Below, piece by piece: positions 36,971 through 50,000 of a stretch of DNA of 64,000 nt. The notes below the pieces were generated by a model. It was not told the DNA's origin and did no database searches. It worked only from the letters and a program-made list of their open reading frames with translations. Source of the stretch: Isurus oxyrinchus (lineage: Eukaryota); contig JANJGN010000009.1 in the NCBI GenBank assembly GCA_026770705.1, positions 116,622,001 through 116,686,000 of the forward strand. Reading direction: 5' to 3'. Every line of letters begins with the position of its first letter. Position 1 is the first letter of the stretch. Made by a program: the position numbers and the translations under genes.

Positions 36971-38375
36971 TGCCTTTCTCTCCCCTCTGCTCACCGAACT
37001 CTCATTGCCTTTCTCTCCCCTCTGCTCACCGAAATCTCATTGCCTTTCTCTCCCCTCTGCTCACCGAAATCTCATTGCCTTTTTCTCCCCTCTGCTCACT
37101 GAACTCTCATTGCCTTTCTCTCCCCTCTGCTCACCGAAATCTCATTGCCTTTCTCTCCCCTCTGCTCACCGAACTCTCACTGCCTTTCTCTCCCCTCTGC
37201 TCACCGAACTCTCACTGCCTTTCTCTCCCCTCTGCTCACCGAACTCTCACTGCCTTTCTCTCCCCTCTGCTCACTGAAACCTCACTGCCTTTCTCTCCCC
37301 TCTGCTCACCGAACTCTCACTGCCTTTTTCTCCCCTCTGCTCACCGAACTCTCACTGCCTTTCTCTCCCCTCTGCTCACCGAACTCTCACTGCCTTTATG
37401 TCCCCTCTGCTCACTGAACTCTCATTGCCTTTATGTCCCCTCTGCTCACTGAAACCTCACTGCCTTTCTCTCCCCTCTGCTCACCGAACTCTCACTGCCT
37501 TTCTCTCCCCTCTGCTCACTGAAACCTCACTGCCTTTCTCTCCCCTCTGCTCACTGAAACCTCACTGCCTTTCTCTCCCCTCTGCTCACCGAACTCTCAT
37601 TGCCTTTATGTCCCCTCTGCTCACTGAACTCTCATTGCCTTTCTCTCCCCTCTGCTCACCGAAATCTCATTGCCTTTCTCTCCCCTCTGCTCACCGAAAT
37701 CTCATTGCCTTTTTCTCCCCTCTGCTCACTGAACTCTCATTGCCTTTCTCTCCCCTCTGCTCACCGAAATCTCATTGCCTTTCTCTCCCCTCTGCTCACC
37801 GAAATCTCATTGCCTTTCTCTCCCCTCTGCTCACCGAACTCTCATTGCCTTTATGTCCCCTCTGCTCACTGAAACCTCATTGCCTTTCTCTCCCCTCTGC
37901 TCACTGAACTCTCATTGCCTTTCTCTCCCCTCTGCTCACCGAACTCTCACTGCCTTTTTCTCCCCTCTGCTCACTGAACTCTCATTGCCTTTCTCTCCCC
38001 TCTGCTCACCGAACTCTCACTGCCTTTCTCTCCCCTCTGCTCACTGAAACCTCATTGCCTTTATGTCCCCTCTGCTCACTGAACTCTCACTGCCTTTCTC
38101 TCCCCTCTGCTCACTGAAACCTCATTGCCTTTCTCTCCCCTCTGCTCACTGAAACCTCACTGCCTTTCTCTCCCCTCTGCTCACTGAACTCTCACTGCCT
38201 TTCTCTCCCCTCTGCTCACTGAACTCTCATTGCCTTTCTCTCCCCTCTGCTCACCGAACTCTCACTGCCTTTCTCTCCCCTCTGCTCACCGAAATCTCAT
38301 TGCCTTTCTCTCCCCTCTGCTCACCGAAATCTCATTGCCTTTTTCTCCCCTCTGCTCACTGAACTCTCACTGTCT
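36971..38375. repeat. 35-bp minisatellite, about 40 copies
   Basis: Unit TGCCTTTCTCTCCCCTCTGCTCACYGAACTCTCAY with a few recurring variants. Confidence 0.97.
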
Positions 38376-38504
38376 TTCTGGCCCTTCTCTCCGCTGAGCA
38401 TCAATGTTCATTATATTGGACAACACTTGCAAAATTTAATGCAACTCTCATTAAATGGATACTAGTGAACCTTATATTCAGAAATGTAAATATGCAAGGA
38501 GATT

Positions 38505-38678
38505 ACGGATTTTTTGGTCATTATCACATTGCTGTTTGTGGGATCTTGCTGAGCTCAAATTGACTTCAGTGTTAAATACATTACAACAGTTATGGCATTT
38601 CAAAAACTACTTCATTGGTTATAAAGTACTTGGGATGTCCTTAGGTTGTGAAAGGTGCTCTAGAAATAGGCATTCTTT
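38505..38678 (+). mobile_element. SacSINE-like SINE 3' half
   Basis: GGTCATTATCACATTGCTGTTTGTGGGATCTTGCT..GTGAAAGGTGCT. Confidence 0.75.
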
Positions 38679-39428
38679 CAAGCCTTTCATTACAAACGTT
38701 TATTATATGTGGTTCAGGAAGTGGGTTGAACAAGAAGGCTCTTTGTCTGAGGTGCCTGAGGTTGCAGTAAGAGGCTGATAAAGATATCAATGCTCTAGGC
38801 ATATCTGGTGTCAAAATCCAGATGGTACTGGCAGTAACAGGACTAGACGTTCGATCGTAGGTCCTTGGGCAAATACAGTCTAGAAACTGGTTAATGCCTC
38901 TTCCTAATCCAAGGGCCAAAGTGTCCAATGCAGTGTTTGGTGTGCAACACATTCCACACCAGAATTGCACCACCTGTTGTATTGGTGAAGGCAGGAAAAG
39001 AGGCATGTAGAACCCTTTCCCGAAAGCCAGTAAGTTTGAAAACTCAGAGAAGGGTCCTAACTCCTGTTTCAGAGCCCTCTTCCTGAAATTGGTCTGCCCT
39101 AGAAGTTTCCTGTGCATGAGTAATTGCCTTCAGGAAACCTAGCTCTGCATGCAGCCTTACTGGTGATCCTTCAAAGGACTGTAGCACACCTCGACCAAAA
39201 TAGTGTGGTAAGGAGCTGGAAGATATAGGTGCACTCCTCATGGTTCTATGGCAGTGCCAAAGACTATTGCAGGTTCCCACTCAGCCCCCTCACTATGACA
39301 CCAACTCTCCACCACGACAAGGATGCAGTGGCCTGAACTCCAAATCTGATTTGTTGGTGAGCTCATATAAATGATGCCTAGGTCATAGATTTTGAAGGAT
39401 TGCTTCACCAGAATCAGTAGGCTTAAGG

Positions 39429-39877
39429 TGTTAATTGTATCAATTGAGTTTAAGTGCATACAGGTGGATGGCAATGATTTGAAATGGTTACTTGAGCACA
39501 TCCAAAGAGATACTTCCCTGGAGAGGGATTACGCGGTGTCTGCCGGCACTGTTGAGGCCTTCCGTGCCCGGTGGGCAGCGTGGGGTCTGGGGTGCTTTAT
39601 CGACCCTCATAATCACATTTGATTTGATGTTTGTAAGTTTTCTTTAAACTTTGTCTTTGGTTTTACAGCTAACCTAACTTAGGGGTTGTGTTTCCTTTAT
39701 CCCTTATTTTGTTAATTTAGTTTAATTGTCTGACTCTGAAAGAGTTACAAAGAGATACTGACAAGGTGTGTAGTACTGCTAGGAGATATACATCTGTAAT
39801 GTTTCACTCTGTGAGCAAATCTATTCCAAGTAAAGACTGACTCTGGTTTCTTCCTTCACCAACTGGCTATCAGGAGT
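39429..39877 (+). mobile_element. Short LTR-like element (same family as 46351-46567) split by a Tx1 fragment
   Basis: Shares TGTTAA..CAGGTGGA..GGTTACTTGAG and CTCTGGTTTCTT..CAACTGGCTATCAGGAGT with the 46351 copy. Confidence 0.7.
39515..39747 (+). mobile_element. L1/Tx1-like LINE 3' fragment with a 12-bp TSD
   Basis: CAAAGAGATACT at 39503-39514 and 39748-39759; encodes SLERDYAVSAGTVEAFRARWA (Tx1-type ORF2 end) followed by a T-rich 3' UTR. Confidence 0.75.
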
Positions 39878-39879
39878 TT

Positions 39880-40260
39880 TTTTTACTCTTTCATGAGATG
39901 TGAGTGTCACTGGCAATGCCAGCATTTGATGGCCATTGCTAATTAACCCTTGTTTGCTACACCATTTCAGAGGGCAGTTAAGAGTCAACCACATTGCTGT
40001 GGGTCTGAAGTCATATTTAGGCCAGTGCAGGTAAGGATGGCAGATTCCCTTCCCTAAAGGGCATTAGTGAACCAGATGGGTTTTTACGACAATCAATGAT
40101 AGTTCCATGCTCACTATTACTGAGACCAGCTTTTCAATTCCAGATTTTATTAATTAGATTTAAATTCTACCAGTTGCTATGGTGGTATTTGAACTCATGT
40201 CCCCAGAGCATGCGCTTGGCCTCTGGATAACTGGTGCAGTGACATTACCACTATGTCATT
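39880..40260 (-). mobile_element. HE1-like SINE
   Basis: GGTAAGGATGGCAGATTCCCTTCCCTAAAGGGCATTAGTGAACCAGATGGG core and a tRNA-like head at ~40185-40260. Confidence 0.85.
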
Positions 40261-40989
40261 ATTACCCTTCACCTTGTTTATCACAAGAGTCTGCCAAGAT
40301 CCACATTTACACTATTTATTTTAAGGATACTTTTTAGGTGGAAACCTCCAACAGTCCCTTTAACAAAGTGAAATTTAGGCCACATGTGGACCTAATTTTC
40401 CTGAGTACATACAACGTAAATGGAAAAGAGAATTGGATGAAGTATAAAACTGGTGACTGATGTTTACACCGTCACGAAGCAGAATTTAAACACCAATGGG
40501 TACAGAATAATAGGGGAAATTGGTGCAGAAATACAGAGCATCATTGCATAGTCTGGGGTAGATGCATAATTCTTTAAATCAACTGCTCCCAGTTGTGTGC
40601 TGCAGGTCACTGGACTGTCCCTAAACTAAACTTCCAAGAGACTCTCTTTCACCAATTTAGAAATATTCCCATTTTTTTTTACAGAAAAGTGGATTAAAAG
40701 TTAATGTTCCTGGCTGGATGATATTTCCATGATCACACCATTGCATTTTATGACCCTGTTAACCTCCAAACCTGCCAACACAGAAACATCTGTCAAACTA
40801 AAGGGTAATATCAACACCCTGTACTACCTAATCCATGGGAGTCAGTCAGATCATGAGAACAAAAAAACAAAATAAAAGAGAGCCGGAGACCTTCTAAATA
40901 GTAAAGTGCAGTCAACTTTGGTTTGAATAAAGCAGCTGGTACTCTTAACTAAACAAATTGGGATAGTAATTAGGGGAGATGGTTGTGAA

Positions 40990-41338
40990 CGTAGTTGTAA
41001 TGTCTGTGACCAGTAATCAAGAATCAGGCTAATGCTCTCATAACACACGTTCAAATGCTACCATAGCAGCAGGTGGAATTTAAATTCAATTAATATCTGG
41101 AATATAAAACTGATCTCAGTAATAGTGACCATGACAACTGTCATTTTTTGTTGTAAAAATCCATCTGATTCCCTATTCCTTTTAGGAAAGGAAATCTGCC
41201 ACCCTTACCTGGCCTGATTTACATGTGACTCCAGACCCACTGAGTTCTCTGAAATGGCCTAGCAAGCCATTCAGTTCAAGAGCAATTAGGGATGGTCAAC
41301 AAATGCTAGTGACACCCACATCTCATGAAAGAATAAAT
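40990..41338 (+). mobile_element. HE1-like SINE
   Basis: GGAAATCTGCCACCCTTACCTGG..GTGACTCCAGACCCAC..CATGAAAGAATAAA. Confidence 0.85.
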
Positions 41339-41800
41339 TTAAGAACATTGGATTGTCATGCAAAAAGCCTCACAAACCTTCCAAACAATTGGACGTTAAC
41401 ATAATAACTCTTCAGCACAATTAATCAAATCAATTGTATACCTTACTAAGGGGTGTATGACTGAGGACTCAGTAGCAGAAGGTGTTTGACTTCCCCATCC
41501 TAAAATTAAACATTGTTATCTGTTACTATATGTACTTGAAAGAATAGGTGGACAATAGCCCATTGTGTCACTTGTGCCTGACTTCCCCCAAGCCCTATAG
41601 CCACCCATATTTACCCTGCCCTTTATGCCAAGGTATACAGTAGTTCAGCAGCATTAAGAGGCTGTTGTAATTCTAAGTAACAGCTGTCATCTCACTCTGG
41701 GACACAGTAGGGTGACACCATGTTCTGATCCAAGTGGAATAGGTGTAGACCATTTAGATCCTTGAGACGGCCCTGCCATTCAATTAGATCAAGGTTGATA

Positions 41801-42665
41801 TCACAGAATCTTTACAGCGCAGAAGGAGATCATTTGGCCCATCGAATCTGCACTGGCTCTCTGAAAGAGCATTCCACCTAAACCCCATCCCCTGCCTTAT
41901 CCTCATAACTTTGCACATTATTTATTTTAAGATAGCAATCCAATTCCCTTTTGAATACCTCAATCAAACCTGACTCCACCACCCTTTCAGGAAGTTCATT
42001 CCAGACTCCAACCATCCTCTGGGTGAATTTTTTTTTTCCTGACATCGCAGTTACTCCTTTTGCCAATTATTTTGAATCTGTGCCCTCGGGTTCTTGATGT
42101 TCTCTTGAGTGGGAACAGCTTCTCACTATTTACCCTGCCCAAACCCCTCACAGTCTTGAATACCTCTATCAAGTCTCCTCTCAGCCTTCTTTTCTTCAAG
42201 GAAGAGTCCCAATTTCTCCAATCTATCCTCATAACTACAGGTTTTTATCCCTGGAATCATTCTTGTGAATCTCCTCTGAACTCTCTCCAATGCCTTCACA
42301 TCCTTTCTCAAGTATGGCACACAGAACGGGAGGCAGTACTCCAAATGAGGCCTAATTAGCATCTTATAAAAGTTCAACATGACCTCCTTGCTCTTGTACT
42401 CAATGCCTCTAATAATAAAACTTATGATACCATGTGCTTTATTAACTGCTGTCTCAGCATGCCCTGCCATCTTCAATGATCTATGTATATGTGCACCGAG
42501 ATCCTTCTGTTCCTGCACCTCCTTTAGAGTTTCTCCCTTTATTTTATACTATCTCACCATATTCTTCCTGCCAAAATGGAATCACCACACATTTCTCTGC
42601 ATTGAACTTCATCTTCCACGTTTCTGCCCAATCCACCAACATGTCTATTTCCTTTTGGATCTTAA
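41801..42665 (-). mobile_element. CR1 3' fragment
   Basis: KSKEVMLNFYKMLIRPHLEYC; RRLRGDLIEVFK; WKMKFNAEKC. Confidence 0.9.
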
Positions 42666-43009
42666 CTTGACCTACCCAGCTTGGTTTTATTGCCCTTAAT
42701 ACTCTTTCAAGCATAAAATATGCCTTATTTATCATTTCTAAAATGTGTCAGAAAAGGTTTCAGTCTTGATTGGAACTGATAACATGTTAGCAATGTAGGC
42801 AGGTGTAAGTACCACAATATGAGAAAGGAGTCTCTAGCTGAATCCCAGAAACACACTTTTCCATAAAGATAATACAATTGGATGAGAAAAGAGTGAAGTC
42901 ATTTTGTGACATCTGCCACTATGGAAGAAATCCATTGGCCCAAATGGTTGTAGAGGTAGCCTCCATTTTGTAGAACGTCCTGCTAAAGCACAAGAAGGTA
43001 GGATGTAGA

Positions 43010-43457
43010 ATGGCTAAACAGGTTAGGCCTTTACTCATTAGAGTTTAGAAGAATGAGGGTGATCTTATTGAAATGTACAAGATTCTGATGGGGCTTGACA
43101 GGGTAGATGTTGAGAAGATGTTTCCACTAGTGGGGGAACCTTGAACTAGGGGACATAGTTACAGAATAAGGGGACACTCATTAAAAACTGAGATCTGAAG
43201 GAATTTCTCCCCTCAGAGGATAGTGATTGTCTGGAATTCTCTACCCTAGAGATTTATGGAGGCTAGATCACTGAAAGTAGTTAAAGAGGAGGTAGATAGA
43301 TTTTTGATATATCGGGGAGTTGAGGACTATGAGGAGCTGGCGTGAAAGTGGAGTTGAGGCCTGGGACAGATCAGCCATGATCTTATTGAATGGTGGGGAA
43401 GGCTTGAGGGGCCGAATGGCCTGCTCCTGCTCCTATTTCTTATGTTTTTATGTTCTT
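43010..43457 (+). mobile_element. CR1 3' end
   Basis: GAGTTTAGAAGAATGAG..TGGAATTCTCTACC..TTCTTATGTTTTTATGTTCTT tail. Confidence 0.88.
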
Positions 43458-43589
43458 AATAAAGCTAAGACAGGATAATTAACAGCCTACATTACCATTT
43501 GTGACCTGCTCACAAAACTCTTTTCATCTGGAAAATGTGCCTGGAATTATGTAGATAATTTCTAAGCAAATAAATATGAAACTTTATTG

Positions 43590-43950
43590 CTGTTCCTTCA
43601 CTGTCATGGATGAAAATCCTGGAATTCCTTTCCTAACAGCTCTGTGGGGTGTACCTACAGTACACAACTACAACAGTTCAAGAAGGTGGCTTACCACCAC
43701 CTTCTCAGGGGCACTTATGTTTGGGCAATAAATGCTGGCCTTGTTAGCAATGTCACACCCCATGAACGAAAGAAAAACATTTCTACTGCAACTTTAATGC
43801 AATAAAATGTGATAAGATGCTTCACAAGAGGGTTATCAAGCAAAATTCGACATAGAGGCACATAAGGGGATATTAGGACGTGACCAAAAAGCTTTGTCAA
43901 AAATGGAGATTTTAAGGAACCTGTTAAAAGAGGAGGTGGAGAGGTTAAGG
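43590..43950. mobile_element. LINE 3' tail sharing the HE1 tail (+, 43590-43778) abutting an L2-like 3' relic (-)
   Basis: CAGTTCAAGAAGGTGGCTTACCACCACCTTCTC..GGGCAATAAATGCTGGCC; then GTGACCAAAAAGCTTTGTCAAA. Confidence 0.6.
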
Positions 43951-45014
43951 ATAAAGTTCTATCAATTATCAGCAGTAATGAGGGGAGAATGGAGAGACCA
44001 ATTACTTCTGATTACTGTAATTGAGAAGTGAAGGGCTGAATCAGCTCCTCGGTCACCTTTTCTGTATCTACTGTAGTGAATGGAGGCTGAAGATAGGATC
44101 ACAGTAAGATTTAGTCTCTTGCTTGGATAGATGTTTCAGTACTTTCTGTGACTTTGTGTTTCAACAGTACACCACAAGATAGCATTAATCCACCTTTATC
44201 TATTTCACTTTCGAGCAATGCTTTTCTGCAAAGAGTGTTCACAAGAGATAATGCATTGAAGAAAGGTCAGCAATGATATGCAAAGGTTAAGCAACTTGTC
44301 ACATGGACAGTAAACAGTGTATATCATGTGATCTGCTTTCAAATATAGTGTTACCTCCTGTGATTTGTAATGAGATATTGAGAAAGTATAAAACAGAGCA
44401 TATGAGACCAAGAACAGAAAACAGGTACAGGAAACGACAAAATCACAAAACGAGGACAGGAGATGAAGAGAAGATAAAACAGGGTAGAGGAGGCAGAGAG
44501 AAAGCAAAGCATTGTACAAGATGCTGATAGAAGACAAACTAATATACAGGAGATTGGGGAAACAAAACAATTTTCACTTGAATCCTTGGTTCCATACACA
44601 GTGAGGTTTTGTTTAAACACAGCATGATGCTGTTGGCCTACCCAAATCATATAATATGATTTCATGGTCTCCCGATGAACTGTTTCACCAATGAGAATTT
44701 TATTATACTTGTAATACTTTTGGATGACCTCAATGTGTCCATTTGAGCTCATTTGAAAACCTTGACATGGTACTTGGACAATTGTAGCTGGTAAAGATTT
44801 AACTCAACAATTAGTCTCTCCTTAAAAAGTTATTTGGGCCTATAATATCAGCAATTAATATACCATCTCAGCTGGAAAACAATCATGTGTGCTTAAACAA
44901 AACCTCAATGCGTATGGAACACAGAGTTCAAGTCAAAACTGTTTTGTTACTTCAGTTTCCTGTAACCTGGTTTGTCGTGTGTGTGTTTGTTTGTGTGTGA
45001 ACATGTGAATGTAC

Positions 45015-46150
45015 GAATTAAGAGCAGGAGTAGGCCACTCGGCCCCTCGAGCCTGCTCTGCCATTCAATAAGATCATGGCTGATCTGAATGTGACCGTAA
45101 CTCCACATTCCCACCTACCCACTGTCCTTTCACCCCTTGCTTATCAAGAATCTATTTAGCTCTGCCTTAAAAATATTTAAAGACTCTGCTTTCACTGCCT
45201 TTTGAGAAAGAGAGTTCCAAAGAATCACAACCCTCTGAGAGAAAAAATTCTTCTCATCTCTGTCTTAAAAGAGCGACCCCTTATTTTCAAACGGTGACCC
45301 CTAGTTCTAGATCCTTCCAAAAGAAGAAACATCCTCTCCACAACCACCCTGTCAAGACTCCTCAGGATCTAATATGTTTCAATCTAGTTGCCTCTTACTC
45401 TTCTAAACTCCAGTGGATATAAGCTTCGCCTGTCCAAAGTGTCCTCATAAGATAACTTGCCCATTATTAGTTTAGTAAACTTCTCTGATCTGCTTCCAAA
45501 GCACTTACATCTTTCCTTAAATAAGGAGACCAATACTGTACACAGTACTCCAGATGTGGTCTCACCAACGCCCTAAATAACTGAAGCATAACCTCCCTAC
45601 TTTTGTATTCAATTCCTCTGGCAATAAACAATAACATCCTAATAGCTTTCCTAATTACTTTCTGTAGCTGCATACTAACCTTTTGCGATTCATGCACTAG
45701 TACACCCAGATCCATCTGCATCTCCCAACTCTGCAATCACAGCCTGCAGCTCCAACAATTTGCTCAATACCACTTCTCTGGCGATTGTAATTTTGTTGAA
45801 TTGCCCCCTCCCTTCCATTTCCTGATTTACAGCTATTTCTGGGATATTGCTTGTATCCTCTATAGTGAAGTTCAATACCATCTCCTCACTTTCCATTAGT
45901 AATTACCCAGACTCACTTTCTACAGGACCAATGCTCACTTTGTTAACTCTTTTCTTTTTAAAATGTCTATAGAAACACTTACTATCTGTTTTTATATTTC
46001 TAACTGGCTTTCTCTCATACTCATATTTTTCCTTCTTTATCACTCTCTTGGTCATTCTTTGTTGTTTTTTATATTCTGTCCAATCTTCTGACCTGCCACC
46101 CATCTTTGTGCAATTACATGCTTTTCCCCTTGAGACAATCTTTAACCTAC
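45015..46150 (-). mobile_element. CR1 fragment with internal deletions
   Basis: [33 protein letters not shown]; DWTEYKKQQRMTKRVIKKEK. Confidence 0.88.
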
Positions 46151-46153
46151 CTT

Positions 46154-46202
46154 TGTGTGTGTGTGTGTGTATGTGTGCATGCATGTGTGTGTTTGTGTGT
46201 GT
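46154..46202. repeat. (TG)n microsatellite
   Basis: Interrupted TG run. Confidence 0.9.
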
Positions 46203-46350
46203 TAGAATCGGATTCAATATTATCTTTCAAAAAGGAATTGGACATTTACTGAAAAAAAATGCAGGGCTTTGGGGAAAACAATGGGAATAGGATGGCGAAT
46301 AACTCTTTCAGAGAACCAGCACAGACATGATGGGCTGAATGGCTCCCTCT

Positions 46351-46567
46351 TGTTAACTGCACCATTTGAGGTTAAGTACATGCAGGTGGAGGGCATTGAT
46401 TGTACGGTTACTTGAGTATATATAAAGAGGCAGTTACTGACACTTACAGGGGTAGAGTGGAATCAGGAGATATATACCTGTACTGTTTCATACTGTGAAT
46501 AAAATCTATTCTGAGTAAAAACCGGCTCTGGTTTCTTCTTCCTCAACTGGCTATCAGGAGTATAATA
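46351..46567 (+). mobile_element. Short solo LTR-like element
   Basis: Starts TG, TATATAAA at ~46418, AATAAA at 46498, ends TATAATA; interrupts a CR1 tail; homologous to 39429-39877. Confidence 0.65.
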
Positions 46568-47089
46568 GTGTATGATTCTATGACATTTACATAACACAAT
46601 GTTGAGCGTATTTCACATTGAGGAACAAATCTCGATCTCCATCAGTTCTCAGGTTGCTGTGGTGTGAGAGTCAGCAGATTGTTGTATGTGAAAACTGTTT
46701 CCTTTATGTCAGTACTGAGCTGTTTGAGACAGAATATAAAGAGCAGGACATTAAAAATTGTCAATAAGTATCTCTTCAGGGCTGATTTGTTTAACAAAAA
46801 GGGTATTTGTTTTCTTTGTTTGAGATGCTTTTTTTGCATAGTGTTATAGTGCCAATGTGATTGTTATTCATAGGATCAATACAATGCTGCAAACACCTGC
46901 ACTTGGTTGTCATAGTAATTGCATGCCTCAAAATATTATCTTTTCTTTTAATTTCAGCCCCTACTGAAGCTTGGATTACTGCTTATTCCTCGCTCTCTTG
47001 ACAACACCATCATTAGTGGATATCTGAGCATTTAAAACATTGTTCTATGGACATTCTAAACAAAGCAGTTAACTTTACTACCTGTGAAT

Positions 47090-50000
47090 AGGAGAGACAG
47101 GAAAAAAGAATGGAATCAGAAATTGAGAATAGAACGGGCACAAAACTGAGAAGACTACGAGCATGAAAGTGAGAATTGCAGGGGCACGACATTGAAACTA
47201 GAATGGACATGAAACTGAGAATAGAACAGACACAAAACTGAAGGCAACAGGCACGAAAGCAAGAATAGAACGGAGACAAAATTCAAAACAGAACGGGCAA
47301 AAAACTGAGATTAGAATGGACACAAAACTGAGAACAAGATTTACAGAAAACCGAGAATAGAACGGACACAAAAGTGAGAACAGAACGGACACAAAACTGA
47401 GAATAGAACGGACAAGAAAGTGAAAATAGAACGGACACGAAAGTGAAAATAGAACAGACACGACACTGAGATTAGAATGGGCACAAAAGTGAGAATAGAG
47501 CGGACACAAAACTGAGAATAGAACGGACAAGAAAGTGAAAATAGAACGGACACGAAAGTGAAAATAGAACAGACACGACACTGAGATTAGAATGGGCACA
47601 AAAGTGAGAATAGAATGGGCATGAAATTGAGAATAAAACTGACACAGAAGTGAGAATTGAAGGACACAAAAGCAAGAATAGAATGGGCATGAAAGTGAGA
47701 ATAGAATGGGCATGAAACTGAGAATAGAACGGACATAAAAGAGAGAACAGAACAGACACAAAACGGAGAGCAGGACAGACATGAAAGGGAGAGTAGAATA
47801 GATACCAAAGTGAGAATAGAATGGACAGGAAAGCGAGAATAGAATGGACACAAGGGTGAAAATAGAGCAGACATGAAAGTGAGAATAGAACTTACATGAA
47901 TCTGAGAATAAAATGGATATGAGAGTGAGAATACAACGGACACAAGAGAACAGAATAGACACGAAAGTGAGAAGAAAATGGACACAAAAGGGAGAATTGA
48001 ACGAACATTAAAGCGAGAGTAGAATGGCCCCGAGTTTGAGAATAGAACAGATGCGAAACTGAGAATAGAATGGACACGGAAGTGAGAATAGAACAGACAG
48101 AAAAATGAGAATGGAATGGTCATGAAGGTGAGAATCGAACGGACATGAGGGGAGAATACAATGGACACGAAAGTGAGAATAGAATGGACACAAAAGTGAG
48201 AATAGAACAGACAAGAAAGAGAGAACAGAACGGACAAAAAAGCGAGAATAGAACGGATACTAAAGTGAGAATAGAACGGAAAAAAAAGCGAGAATACAAC
48301 AGACACTAAGGTGAGAATAGAACAGACACTAAAGTGAGAATAGAACGGTCACAAAAGCAAGAATAGAATGGACACGAAAGGGAGAATAGAACGGATACGA
48401 AACTGAGAATTGAATGGACACGAAATTGAGAATAAAACAGACAGAAAAGTGAGAACTGAATAGACATGAAAGCAAAAGTAGGACAGACATGAAAGCGAGA
48501 TTAGAATGGATACAAATCTGAGAATAGATTGGACAGAAAAGTGAGAATAGAACAGACAAAAACTGAGAATTGAATGGACACGAAAGGGAGAATAGAACAT
48601 ACACAAAATTGCGAATAGAATGGACACAAAAGGGAGAATTGTACAGACACAAAAGTGAGAATGAGAAAGACGCGAAAGTGAGATCAGAATGGAGACAAAA
48701 CTGAGAATAGAACAGACACAAAATTGAGCATTGAACGGACACAAAACTGAGAATTGAACGGACACAAAAGCGAGAATAGGACGGACACTAAAGTGAGAAT
48801 AGATTGGGCACAAAAGCGAGAACAGAACGGACACAAAAGCAAGAATAGAATGGACACTAAGGTGAGAATAGAACGGACACGAAAGGGAGAATAGAACGGA
48901 CACAAAACTGAGAATTGAACGGACATGAAATTGAGAATAAAACAGACACAAAAGTGGGAAATGAATGGACATGAAAGCAAGAATAGAATGGACATGAAAG
49001 TGAGAATAGAAGGGACACAAAAATGAGAATATAATGGACATGAAAGCGAGAACAGAATGGACACAAAACCAAGAGTAGGACAGACATGAAAGCGAGAATA
49101 GAATAGATACAAAAGTGAGAATAGAATGGACAGAAAAGTTTGAATAGAACAGACACAAAACTGAGAATTGAATGGACACAAAAGAGAGAATAGAACATAC
49201 ACAAAATTGCGAATAGAATGGACACAAAACTGAGATTAAAGTGCACATGAAAGACAACAAAATGGACATGAAAGTGGGAATAGGATGGAGACAAAAGGGA
49301 GAATTGTACAGACACAAAAGTGAGAATGAGAAAGACGCGAAACTAAGAATAGAACAGACACAAAACTGAGAATAGAACGGATACAAAACTGGCAATAGAA
49401 CGGACACAAAACTGAGAATAGAACGGACACAAATCTGAGAATAGAATGGACACGAAACTGCGAATAGAACGGACACAAAACTAAGAATAGAACAGACACA
49501 AAACTGAGAATAGAACGGATACAAAACTGAGAATTGAACGGACACAAAACTGGGAATAAAATGGACACAAAACTGAGAATAGAACGGACACAAAAGCGAG
49601 AATAGAACGGACACAAAAGTGAGAATAGAACGGACACAAATCTGAGAATAGAACGGACACAAATCTGAGAATAGAACGGACACGAAACTGCGAATAGAAC
49701 GGACACAAAACTGAGAATAGAACGGATACAAAACTGAGAATTGAATAGACACAAAACTGAGAATAGAACGGACACAAATCTGAGAATAGAACGGACACAA
49801 ATCTGAGAATAGAACGGACACGAAACTGCGAATAGAACGGACACAAATCTGAGAGTAGAACGGACACGAAACTGCGAATAGAACGGACACAAAACTAAGA
49901 ATAGAACAGACACAAAACTGAGAATAGAATGGAGACAAAACTGGGAATAGAACAGACACAAAACTAAGAATAGAACAGACACAAAACTGAGAATAGAATG

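Noticed and set aside
36846-38047. Overlapping repetitive ORFs (LSPLLTELSLPFSPLCS..)
   Set aside because: Translation of the 35-bp minisatellite in all frames.
36971-38375. CRISPR-like array (35-bp periodicity)
   Set aside because: Units are contiguous with no unique spacers, there are no cas genes, and the context is vertebrate.
38700-39420. Minus-strand ORFs (158 and 78 aa) as a host gene or Gypsy pol
   Set aside because: No convincing motif; probably a decayed LINE but cannot be assigned.
41712-41726. GTGACA-CCA-TGTTCT as a glucocorticoid response element
   Set aside because: One half-site lacks the invariant G; expected by chance at this window size.
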